Made by a program: the position numbers and the translations under genes | NCBI GenBank assembly: GCA_051294375.1 | Contig: CM119268.1 | Location: 11,614,200-11,678,199, forward strand | Direction of reading: 5' to 3' | Origin: Paraspadella gotoi | Lineage: Eukaryota; Animalia; Chaetognatha | DNA length: 64,000 nucleotides | The notes under the pieces: generated by a model | Database searches by the model: none | Told to the model about the DNA's origin: nothing | Seen by the model: only the letters and a program-made list of their open reading frames with translations | Shown here: in pieces, positions 1 through 12,700 of the stretch | Layout: every line of letters starts with the position of its first letter | How positions within the stretch are numbered: position 1 is the stretch's first letter

Positions 1-475
1 TGAGACATCCTCCGAGTTAAGTGTTTTTATTTACTAATAGGATTAATCATGCCTAAAATTGGATAACGGATATTCATGACATGTTAGAAGAAAAGGATAA
101 AAAAAAGTAAAATTAAGGAAGGCAATCATCCATCTAGCAATAAACTGTTGCATAAAATCATAAAATCACAACAAAAAATTAAAAACGTAGTAACGAAAAA
201 AAAAAACCCAACGCATTGCGACGGAGAAAAAATATCGACGAAAACAATATCTACTAAAATAAAAATTGAAGCATGTAAGTCGTTTAACAATAGTTTCCCA
301 GCGGCACACTGCGTATTGCGCGAGACAAAATCGCAAAAAAATCGCAAATAAAATAAAAAAAACCATTCGTCTTCTGAATTTCTCAACGCCGTCGATTCGC
401 TCGGCCTTGTTTTTAGTGTCCGAACGAGCCAGCTTTCGAACACTGTGTGTGTAGGCTCTCTCTCTTGTATTCGAG

Positions 476-508
<33 letters not shown>

Positions 509-1158
509 TCTCTCTCTCTCTCTCTCGTCTCGTCCGTCGTTCTTGTCGTCGTCGTCGTCATCATCGTCGTCGATTTGGAGTCTCGTCGGGTTCAGAGCTG
601 CATTCTCCAGCAATGACGATTCTCCTTCTATATTACGTTTTTTTTTCCTTTCCTCTTTTTCTGCCTTTTGTTTCCAAAGTAAAAATCCATTAAGACTCAA
701 AGAAACACAACCTGGAGGACGGGGGGATGGAGGCGGGGGGGCGGGGGGGAGAGAGAGAAACAATTGGGTTCGTTCTGGTTTCCTTTTTTTTTCACTCTTT
801 TTTAGTTGTTCTCTCTTCCCATGAAATTACAAATTAAAAGACGATTATTACTTTAAAAGCGGAAAATGGTTATGAATCGGATTCCGCGGAGTACAGGAGG
901 TAGGGGCGAAACGTTCAAGAGAAAAAGAATCAAAAACTTTGCATAGGCCACTTTATAAGATTTTCGCTGGGGAGAATATGTTGCTCAAAAATCCTTAAAA
1001 AATATATACGAGTCCGAGGCCTTTTCCTTTCTCTTTTCTTTCTTCTGTCCTACCTCGGCGGATAACCCGAAGGTGTAACGATAAATCGTCTTCATTTTTG
1101 TGGATTTTTAAGATCGCCAGGTGTGGTTAAAGTATGACGGTGTCATAACTCTGGGCTC

Positions 1159-1199
<41 letters not shown>

Positions 1200-1961
1200 G
1201 CTGTATTATTTTATCAGGTTCTCGAGATTTTGACAAGGAGTGGCTCCAGAAAAAGCGAATCAAATAAAAGCAGCAATTGATACGCAAGAACTGAGATGGT
1301 GGAACTTAACTGGAGAGGCTGATGGCGGTTTTTGGCTGGAGGATGACCATCCTGACGATTCTACTTTCTAGTAAAAGTGCATTGTGACGAAGTCCCTAAT
1401 TTTTATCTCCAATCGTTAAGGCTGAAAAAACTGCACCCAAAGCTCAATGAGTTTAGAAATTAGAACCGGCGGAGACGAGATGAGAGCGGTGACAGGAACA
1501 CCAGGGGGAGCGGCAGAGACGGGAAAGACGCAGCCACGCCGCGGGGCATGAAACAATGCAGGAGTCGTCAAGCAGCGCAGCGGGAAATAAACATTGACAA
1601 CCTGATTGGATTTAAAAGTAAAGATAAAATAAGAAATTTTATTTTAAAAAATTTTTATTAAAATTAGTTTTATATAATTTTGAAATCTATAAAGTTCGGG
1701 GATGACAAGCAACAAAAACTTTTCAAACCTTATATTTTTTTAATTTTATTGTAAAATAATTTTTTTTGCTATTGAAATTTTTTAATAATTTTATGTTATC
1801 AAGGTTATAAAAAACATAATTTTAAAACTGCGTAAAAATTTACAGCTAATAAAACCAGTAAACAAAATTTTAAAATAGCTATATTATTATCCTAATTATT
1901 ATAATGATTGTTATCATTGTACATCTGTATCATTAACTTGATAGGATAAAAAACACCTCAT

Positions 1962-2072
1962 TATCTTGTAAGAGTGAAAGAGGCCTTAAACCACTATAAA
2001 GCCTGTTCAAAGTCAGGGGCCAGATAGCTTATTTATTAAATGAATAAATAATTTTTATATTGGTTGTACCAA
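1962..2072 (+). repeat. ~110-bp dispersed repeat, also at ~11200-11305 (+) and ~10495-10600 (-)
   Basis: Shared tgtaagagtga..ttaaacca..aaagcctgt.caaagtcaggggc..tttattaaatgaa..tatattggttgtaccaa with different flanks. Confidence 0.7.
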
Positions 2073-3567
2073 GTTGATAAAACGATTTTATTGGTGCTTG
2101 ACTTTAAAAATTAATTTAAAATGAGGAAGAAAAATTTAAGTTATTTTAAATGAATCAAATGTTTAGGACAAAGTTTTTATCTCATAAAAAGCTCGAATAA
2201 TATTGTACTCTTAAAAGCTTAATGTACATTTCATTTTATTTCTTTCAATCAACTAGAATTTTAACTCTCTCTGCAGCTGTTTATGAATTCTACCTAACTT
2301 TGGACTCCAGCTGGTCTCCGGACCGCTTATTGGATGTTTTCAGCCTAAAAAAGCGAAGTTATTGGCGGAAAGCAACAAAATGAGGTCATGGTACGCGTTT
2401 CTCAAAATGCAGGATCTGTGATTGGTTTAATCTGTTTTATCCTATTATGCGAGTTTCCGGGCCTTAAAAATTTCTAAGGGAATTGCCCCTTGGCATTCCT
2501 CAAGTTGAGATGCAGGCCCGGTCTTTCTGCTTGTTTTTTGTACCTCTGGGTTTTTTCTTGTTGCAGCCAATCGGCAGCAATATCCGCAGAGCAACGGCGG
2601 AGCATCGTTGAGAATTTTGTTTACAGATGATTGGAAAATACCTTATTTGTATGTACTTTGTGACCCATTATTTTTCGAATGCGGTTCTGTTTTTTCCATA
2701 GGTTTATGCTAGTCTATTTTGCAACATGGTAAAACCATAAGGAATTTTTCGAGAAAGAAAAACCAAAGCGACGGATAAAATTTAAAGTATAAAGTATTAC
2801 CTCCGTTTTTTGTAAGCTTTGACATCATATATTGAAGTGAAACATTAATTTCTAATTTATTTTCATATCGAATTCAACCTGTCCTGTTGTCTGTAAATCT
2901 TACCTGACCGGTTGTTCTTGTTTTAACAATCGGTACCTCTTAAAAAATTATATTTTTACAGTAGATGGCTCTGTCTGCTCGCCTCACTAAATTTAAAAAC
3001 AAAACACTATTCATCGATTTTTTCAAAAATTAAGCTAATATAATCGTGTGAATTAAAATATATTTCAAAAGGAATACAACCACGCAACAAACAAAATACA
3101 ATTAAAAATAAGATAAATTGAAAGAATCACAAATTTTTAAAATCAGAAACCTCCTATACGCATTAAATCAACAAATAAACCACGAAAACAAGTCCTGTTC
3201 GTCATTATAGTAATGGCAGTAAGCACTAAGCAGCAATGCCCCTCAACCCGAAAGCCAAAAGGCATAATAGTTTGTAATTTTTGTAAGTACTCTGTATTAA
3301 GATAGTTTTTATTAAGTGGACGTGGAAACGATTGCACGAAACCTTTACAAAACGTTTGACTAACATATTTATCACACTCAATGCCAATAAAAATTAAAAT
3401 ATGTACGAAGATTCACTCGTGCAGGATACAATTTCTGTGGGCGACATCAGCACACCCGACCAACTAACTCTATTATCTCCGACATCCCGTTTCCGGGACT
3501 CCCGCCGCTAAGAAGATGATCACTTCACCTTCACTTCCTCCTCATCCTCCTCCACTCCGTCCTCCCT

Positions 3568-3773
3568 CTACTCCTCCTCATCCTCTTGAGGAGGCGTGGA
3601 GGTGACGAACCGCAAGACGGCGGACATGGTGACCGTCACTTGAGGATTGTCCGCCGACAACGAGATACACTTCCGGTGAAATCCGACGACGCGCTTCGGG
3701 GTTTCACCGCCGGAAGCGTCTTCTTGAGACGCCAGTTCGGAGAGGGGCCACGTTACGTCGCCGAAGGGTTGAC
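3568..3773 (-). CDS. E-Syt-like terminal exon (end of C2B, stop)
   Basis: cactcag acceptor, phase 1, GQPFGDVTWPLSELASQ..CISLSADNPQVTVTMSAVLRFVTSTPPQEDEEE then TAG at 3568-3570; 206 nt = 2+204. Confidence 0.8.
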
Positions 3774-6700
3774 CTGAGTGGAAGATGAACGATAAAGAGC
3801 TGAATAACGTTTTTCTCGTCGTTTTAATGGTTTTTAGTTGTTTATCTGTTTTTTGTTGTTGTGTTTTTTGTTGTTATTGTGGTTCCTGCATTTTTTTTAG
3901 GTTTTTGTTCTAGTTTTATTGGTTATAAATTACGTATTATGCATTTCTAAATTTTTTTCTTTGGTCGTTCGGTGGTTCATCGCAGTTTCGTTTTTTTTAG
4001 AGGATTTCATTGCGGTTGTTGTTGTGGCCTTTGAAGATGCTCTCTTCAACATTCATCTCACCAGATGCCGTGTCCTCAACCATCACAGAAAGGACTTCGT
4101 CTTGCCATCCTTCGCCCAGCGTGAAATGGAATCCCTCCTGGAAACTAGGATGCTCTTGCGATTCCAAAACGACCGTCTGCTTCATCGGTTGGGAGCCAAG
4201 TTGAACTGTCACCTGCCGAGTTTGGAGAGTTAGTAAAAACATCCTCGTTATCACCTCAGGAGACAAACCTAAAGCCTCGATGATATTTTTGCGTTCTTTT
4301 GTTTAATTTTTGCACACTATGTACGAGAAATGGCAATAAAACTTGCGGAAATAAATGTTAAAAAAACTTGTATTTTTTTTTATGAAAAAAAAAGCTTCAA
4401 CAACAACAAAAAAACATCTCAATTTTCAAATTCGCAAAATAAATATAATTATAAAATATATATGTGCTTTGAGAAATTATTTCAAAGTAAAATAATCATA
4501 ATCGCAAAGGGCTTATATTTATGTTCATCATAACCCAAACAAAAAGAAAAAACCTCTCAGAAAAAAAAAAAAAAAAAAAACATAATTACAATCTTTGTGC
4601 CCACCTCGGCCCCCCCCTTTCATTACCTGCGAACTGGGCAACCCATCGCACGGACTTTCGTCGGCGAAGATGACGAGATTGTTGCAAGAGTAGATGAAGA
4701 CTGTGGCGTAGACGAGGCTCTGCCCGTCGAAGAGGCGATCTTCCTCGAGGGGACGTCCGTCAAGTAGGCGGTAGAAGAGTTGGGCCGAGATCTTGGAGGA
4801 TGAAGAGGATCGAGGGAAGATCGGTTAAGGGGATCGGTGTGAGCGTTAGATAATAGGAAAAAAATCGACTTGAGATCTCTTTAATGTAATTGGTTGGGGA
4901 GGCTTTTTAAAAGGTTAGGACAATCAGATTTTTATTAGCTAATTTATTTATGAAATTTGTACAACCTATATGTAAGCTTAGACGATGACCTGAATCTAAT
5001 GGAGAACTTGATAGCACAGCGTTAAATTGCAAAATTGTTTTAAGTAAAGTATGCACGGCGTTATAAAGCATGCGCAGCTTTTAGCAAGATTATGCAATAA
5101 GTTCACGGCAATAAATAATAATTTTATCAAGTTTATCAATGAAAATATAAAATCAATCCTTATTCAAAATGGCGGGGATATGAGTTGGTTGGAATGTGTT
5201 AGAAAAATAAGTCGAAGCTTGCAAGATTAAATTTATATCAATGTAATTTAAGAAAAAAAACAAGTTAGAAACCCCTCAAGATGGAGTAAAATTAATGTAA
5301 TTATGTGAATATAAAATCAATAAAAAAAATTAATTAAAGGGGTCGTAGCACACACCCTAACATCCCCAGGGTTGAAGGATCTGTGGGTGGCCACAGGGTT
5401 TTCCTTCTTCAAGATCCCAGAGAGGAATCCCATTCCGGCTCCGATCATCTTCGGCGGCGGAAATGGGATGGGAATAAAAATGGGAATCGGAGAAAGAAAA
5501 ATTTTGCGTCATTGGAAATATCACGTGTTCAAATTGGTACAATAAATAAAACAATTAAACATTCAACCAATAAACTACTATCTTTCCCCTGACTTTTGAC
5601 AACCTGTTGTGGGTTTAGGCTTTTAACGCAGCAAGGCCCTCAAAGTTTTTTTTTAGTTTATTCTATTGACTTCTCAATCAATTGAATGATTTGATATTTT
5701 TCAACGGTTTCAATTGGATAAAATGACCATTCCCTTCAGTATTCGATCCGGAAATACTACTATATTGCCACCTATAAATTTAATGTTTCTGTAATTGTTT
5801 ATCGAAGTTGTCAATCGCGACCGCAGCCACCTCGATCCCTCTCACCTCGCCCTGCACGTCGCCGCCGCCGCCCTCGGCATCCGCGACCTCTTCGGGCACG
5901 GCCTCCAGAGGAACCGAGACCTCCATGGAGAGGCCCTCGTCGACGATGCCCCAAATCGGAATGCGAGCTCGACCTGTTTGACATTGAATCGGTACANNNN
6001 NNNNNNNNNNNNNNNNNNNNNGCAACCGCGCGGACATCGTTCGAGATTTGTTTACCACGACTGATGGACAAATACTTATCTTGCTCATGTACTTTCGTCA
6101 CCATTATCTTTTCCGCGCACACTGGCGTTTTCTGTTTTTTCCATACGCGCTTATCGCTCAGTCCTACTTTTGCAACAATGGTCAAACCAATAACGCAGAA
6201 CTTTTCTCGACCGCAAGAAACACCACCAGCCGACGGACTACAAATTTCAAAGTATCAAAGTATTCACTCCGTTCTTTTCGTAAGCTTGAATCATATATTT
6301 AGAAGTGAAACATCTATTTTCAATCTTTTTCATATTATTCAACCTCGTCTGCTCTGTCCTGTAATCTCTACTCGACGCTCTTGCCTTCTGTTTCCTACAC
6401 AATCGGTACACCATCTCTATCACGAAACAATTAATACTTCTTTACAAGAGATGCACTCTGTCTGCTCCGCTCACTACAACTCTTACACACACAAAATTCA
6501 CTATTCACTCCGCGACTTTTCACACAAACATCTAACGCTACATTATATACTCGATGCTGCAACTCTAACAATACTACTTTCAAAAGAACTACACCCACGC
6601 CAACCCAACACAACAATTAATCAACACATTAAAACATCAAGAACAATTGCAAAGAAATCACCAATTCCTTTAAACAATCCACGAAAACTCCTATAAACCG

Positions 6701-9700
6701 CAATTAAAGTCAACAAAATACACACCCACGAAAACAAGTCCTACCCGTCTCGTCACTTATAGCTGACATGGCAGTAAGCACTTAAGCCCACGGCATCGCC
6801 TCCAACGCCGCAACAGCCAAACAGGCCATACCATACCGTTTGGTAAATTTTTGTCAGTACCTCTGTAATCTAGATAGTTTTTACCTTAAGTGGCACGTCG
6901 GACACACCGACTTCGGCGCACCGCACAACTCTTACAAACCGTTCTGACTAACATATTTTCACACTCACCTGCAAATAATTCAACATCACTGTCACGAAGA
7001 TTCACATCGTGCACGCGATAATTCCTTGTGCGCGCACCATCAGCAACCACCCGAGCGCAATCAACTCCTACTTATCTCCGACCATCTTCTGCAATTCCGC
7101 CGCTAGAAGATGATCACTTCACATTCTACTTTCTCCTCATCCTCCTCCCACTACCGCTCCTCCCTCTCACTCCTCCTCATCCTCTTCCGACGGAGGCGTG
7201 GAAGGTGACGAACCCGCCCAGACCGCCCGGACATGGTGCACCCGTCACCCTTGAGGATCTGCTCCGCCGACCAAACGAGATACACTTCCGCGTCGCAATC
7301 CGCCCACGACGCGCTTCGGGGTCTTCACCGCCGAAAGCGTCCTTCCTTGACGCCACGCAATTTTCACTCCAGTTCCCGGAGAGGCGCACCGTTCTCGCCG
7401 AAGGGTTGACTGCAGTCGGATTCGCATCGAAACAGAGCATAACGCAGCTGAAACAGCCGTTATTTATTTGAGGTCGTTTTTACATCGGTCTTTAGTTGTT
7501 TACGAAATGCGCTGTTTTTTGTTGTTGGTGGGTTTTTTTGTATGTCCAGATATTCTGTGCGCTTCTCTCTTTTATCGCGCATTTTTTTGCTTAAGAGGGT
7601 TTTTGTTCGTTATTTTAATTGGTTATACGGCGATAATTCCAGTCTGCGCTATTTATGCCATCTTCTAAATTTTTTCTTGTATCTTTGGTCGTAAGATCGG
7701 TGGTCCGATTCATAAACAGGCAAGAGTTATCGATATTATCTTTTTTAAGAGGATTTCAATTGCGGTTGTTGTTGTGGCCTCTTTTAGAGCGAAGGTTAAT
7801 GCTCACTCTCAACATTCACTCCTCACCAAAGTACCGATGTCCGGTATCACCATCAACGAAACGACTTGTCTTGCCATCTCTCGCCGCCAGCGTCGCATGG
7901 AATCCCTTCGGAAACCTCACGTGCCTCTTGCCGACATTAAAGACGCCTCTGCTTTCATCGGTCTTGCGGCGAGAAGTTCGACTGTCACCTTGGCAGTTTC
8001 TGACGAGTTAGTAAACAATCCTGCTATCATCAGAGACACAACACTAAGCCTCGCATGTATTTCTTGCGTTCTTTTGTTAACTTTTTTCGCACTATCGTCG
8101 CACGAAACATGCACAATAAAAACTGACAATACAATGTCTAAAAAACTTGTATATTGGTTTCTTTTATGAAACAGAAAAATCATGCTCTAACCAATCCAAC
8201 TTTCATCAAATACAACCTCGCGGCTCAAATTTCAATTCGCAACATCAAAATATACATTAATACTACTAGACTGATAGTGCGGCTCTGCGACGAAAATATT
8301 GTCCAACACGTACAAACACATATATTCGCAATAATGCAACGGGCTTATAACTTATGTTCCACTCCATACAACCCAACCAACGAAAAGACAACAACCTTCG
8401 CAAGAACAAACTACAAAAAAAAAATACCATAATTACAATCTTGTGCACAGACCCACCTCGAGGCCTCCCCTTCATTATCCTGCGCAAACGATACTTCTCT
8501 GCCCACACTTCGCACGACTTCCGTCGTTGCTGCACACGATTTTCAACCAGAGCACTGTTCGACAGACAGATCACGAGCCTAGAGGACTTGTCGGCCACGC
8601 TAGACAAAGCTATCTGAGCACCGTTCGCTACAGCAAGGCCGCATCTTCTCCGAGGGGACGTGTCAAGTCAACCGGCTAGACAAAGCAGATGGGCACACCC
8701 GAGAGGATCTTTGAGAGGTTTAATTCACATGTTACGTGATTTCGTATTGACGGCGACAAGATCGGTTAAGGCGCAGATGCGGTGAGCGTACATAGATAAC
8801 TGTTGCACGGATTAGGACAACAATCCGAGACTGGAGCATCTTCTTGACATGATAGATTTGGCGTTTTTATGGGGAAGGCTCTATTTATTAAAGGTGCTTA
8901 GGACAATCAGATTTGTAATTGAGTTATATTAATTTATATATATGAAAATTGGAAAAATCCTCAACCCTCATATCGTTACACCTAGCAACGAAGCTGACCC
9001 TGACCATCTCACACATGCGAGGACCTTGTTTTACATAGCGACAGCGTTAAATTACGCAGAAATTGTTTTAAGTAAAATTGTAGAAATTGTTTTCATTTTT
9101 ATTTTCGGTCGTATTTAATACAAGAGCATCACAGTCATTTAGCAAAAGAATATATGCACCAATACACGATACATCGCTAATAAATACATAATTTTATCAA
9201 GTTATAATGAAAGGTATACAAGAATTACAAAAGTCCTTATCACAAATGGCGGGGATATGAGTTGGTGGACATGGTGAGAAAAAATAAGTCGCAAGCTTGC
9301 AAGATTCAAATTTTATATCATGTAATCTTTCTAAGCGAAAAAACACACGTATATGGAACACTCCCTCGCATATTTGATCTGATTTAACACTATTAAATGT
9401 ATATTATGTGACAAATATTAAAAGTCAATACAAAAAAAATTAAAAGAAGGGGTCGTAAGACAACACATCCTACACATCCCCAGGAGTTGAAGGATCTGTG
9501 GGTGGCCACAGGTTTTCCCTTCTGCAGATCCCAGAGAGGAATCCATTCCGCGCTCCGATCCATCGTTCGGCGCGATAAATGGGATGGGAATAAAAACGGG
9601 AACGGAGTAAAGAAAAATATATTGGGCGTCGGATGTGGAGAGCAAATATCACGTGTTCAAAGAAATTCGGTACCCAATAAATAAACACAATGGGAGGACA

Positions 9701-12700
9701 TTACAAAACGAGATAAATATATCAGAGGATCTTCCTCCCGCTGACTTTTGCGAAGCAACCTCTGTATTTGTTGGATTTAAGGCGTTAACTGGGCAGACAC
9801 GGAGGGCACTCAAAGTTTTTTTACTTTATTCTTTGCGAGGCGTACTCAAGCATAAACACATTGGAATTCGAGTGTTGATCAATTCAATCAACTGTTTCTA
9901 TTATTTGGACAAAATATGAACCAGTCCTCACCCGCTTCAGCAAAATTCAGATCCAGAGAAATACCTACCTATATATTGCCACCTAATTAATAAAATAAAA
10001 ATCTTTATGACTAATATGTTTTATCCGAAGTTGTAAATCAGCGAGACACAGGCAGACCCACCTCGAGATCCACCATCACACCGCGGTCCAGCCCGGCAGA
10101 CACACGTCGCTAACAGCTCAAACAAGATATCAGAAGCCGTCCCGCGCCCAATCCTGAATCCACACGCGGGACGCTCTTCGGCACGCCCTCCATGAAGAAA
10201 CTCGAGAACACATCCAATAATGGAGAGAGCCCTCTGCGGTGGAAAGCGTCGTACAAATATATTGCACACTTATCTTCCAACTCGGAAACAAAGCAGCGTG
10301 CGAACCTCGACCGAGCACATTAGGTAATTCCTTCGGTACAACATTGATTTTTTTTTTGTTCTATTGGCTGCAATAATTAAATAACAACGAGTTTTAATTC
10401 AATCAATGGCAGATTAATTTTAATCCAATCCTTTGGTCAAATTTTATTTCATGAATTTACATTATGGGTGTTTTTATAGGCCATGCTGTAATTTGGTAAC
10501 ACACCAATATAAAAATTAATTCCATTCATTTAATCAAATAAGCATTCTGCCCTGATTTGGACAGGCTTTGGTGGTTAAGGCCTCCATCACTCTTACAAGA
10601 TAAATTTGTACAAAATCTCCAAAATCTCCCCAGAGGTCGTTTCAAGACCAAAAACATCGCTCTTGGAGAAAGTGTCGTTCTTATCCAAAGACGATGATAA
10701 GCCGAAATCAGAAGGTCCGACAGCTCGTGGGCCGAGGAGCAGTCTCGCACTAACGGAAAACCACCCCTCTATACGTCCGAAAAACCACTTCCGTCCGCCA
10801 ATCCGGCTCGGGATAAGGGAAGGAGAGTTTGACCATTTGGAAACGTAGTCTTCTTGAATGGTGACTTTTTTGTTTGGGAAAGAGCCCCCCGAGTTCCAAA
10901 CATCTTTTTGCCCATGAAGGATTGCTTGTGGAAAAACGTTAATTTTCGGTTGCCCGTTTCCCGCCAAAGATCCCGTTTTAAAATCCATCCACCCACTCCT
11001 CGTCCTTCATTGCCTCCCCAGCGACGAACTGACGTGGTGAAGACAACGCGAGAGCCGACTTGGGAGCGCAGGGTTCGAGTTCTCCAGTGGACCGCCTCCT
11101 GCCGACAGCGTCCGCTTCGACGATCTTGATGAAGACACGTTTCTCCAAGGCACGCATGTTTTGGTTGAACGACTCTGGGGAGATGGAGCATTTGCTCATT
11201 ATCTGTAAGAGTGATGGACGGCTTAAACCACCAAAGCCTGTCCAAAGTCAGGGGCAAATAGCTATTTATTAAATGAAACTGGATATGTTTATATTGGTTG
11301 TACCAATTATCATGCAATCAAAAAAATGTTGATGAATAAATTTGGACAAAGGATGTGATTAAATTATTGATTGATTTGGATTTAACTCGTTTATAATTTG
11401 CAAAACAAAAAAAAATTCAATTTGTAGATCGAGGCAGTGGACGATCATGGCGTCGGCGCTTTGAGAGAGAGGGATGATGATCTGGAAGGGGAAGAGGAGA
11501 GTTGGTTGATTGATTGATTGGTAGAATATTTGATTGATTCATTGAAAAAACTAATTTGTTTGATTATTGCATATTTTTATACTTGATTCTTTGTGATTCA
11601 TTGATTGATTGATTGATTGATTCATTGTTTTTTTTTTTAAACAGTGGATTAAAATGACCTGATTTTCATTTCTCTTAAAATTTTGATTTGCTTTACCCTG
11701 TGACTGTTCTGAATATATAATTTAAATCGAATCTTTTCGTTACCTTATTAGGATAGACGCACTGCTCGGCCATCTCCTTCCTTAGGTTCTTCATGATGAG
11801 ACTCTTGACGCCCGGGAGGTCGGCCAAGGATCCCGCCAAACCGTCGAAGTCGAAACTGATGCGGGGAATCTCCAGGAAGCAGAACTGAGAGGGGAGACAA
11901 TCGACTAAACTTTAAAATTCGATAACAAACTATTTAGATACCGAATTCAATAAATCAATCTCAAGAATTTATTATGCAAACAAGTGATAAATGATTAGAA
12001 TGAATGAATNNNNNNNNNNATGAATGAATGAGTAGCTCAATCAATCACAATCCGCAATCAAAAAAGGCTGCGCATTTTTTGCCTATCACCCATCAATGTT
12101 CCCGTCCAATCAAAGAATTCACTTGAAATCCGCCGGTGAAAGGCAGTGACGACATCATGGGTTTCAGGACGATCCGAGCGCGCCCTTGGATCTGCAAATC
12201 CCTCACTCCGCTCGAAGCTCCGAGCAACGAGATTTGAATGTCGCAATCCCCTTTAGACAAACGTTGAATAATTGTAATAATAATATTATTATAATAATTT
12301 TAATCTTGACAAATGAAATGTTGAATAATTCATTTTAATAATGATTTAAATAATTAATTTTCATAATAATCATAATAATTTTAATTTTGACGAATGAAAT
12401 GTTGACTAATTCATTTTATTAATAATTTTAATAACTAATTTTAATAAAAATCATAATAATTTTAATTCTGACAAAGGTTGAATAATTAATTTTAAATTTT
12501 TATAAACGTTGAATAAATAATTTTAACTTTAATTTTATAATTTAACTCTGGACTTATTTTTTCTTTTTGATTTTCCATTTTGAACGGATACGAATCAGTA
12601 ATTGGAAACTAAATGACGTCTGACCTGCGTAGGTGAACAAAANNNNNNNNNNAAGATAATGACAAATCTCCCAAATCTCCCCAGAGTCGTTCACCCAAAA

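Noticed and set aside
126-824. Overlapping ORFs with ERER/SLSL/DDDD/TTTT runs (and many similar ones across the window)
   Set aside because: Translations of (GA)n and (GAC)n microsatellites; no domain or splice support.
6064-8679. 210-aa and neighbouring ORFs; a real E-Syt pseudogene
   Set aside because: They lie in the insertion-riddled copy of 2590-5996. The error pattern fits a raw read better than evolutionary decay.
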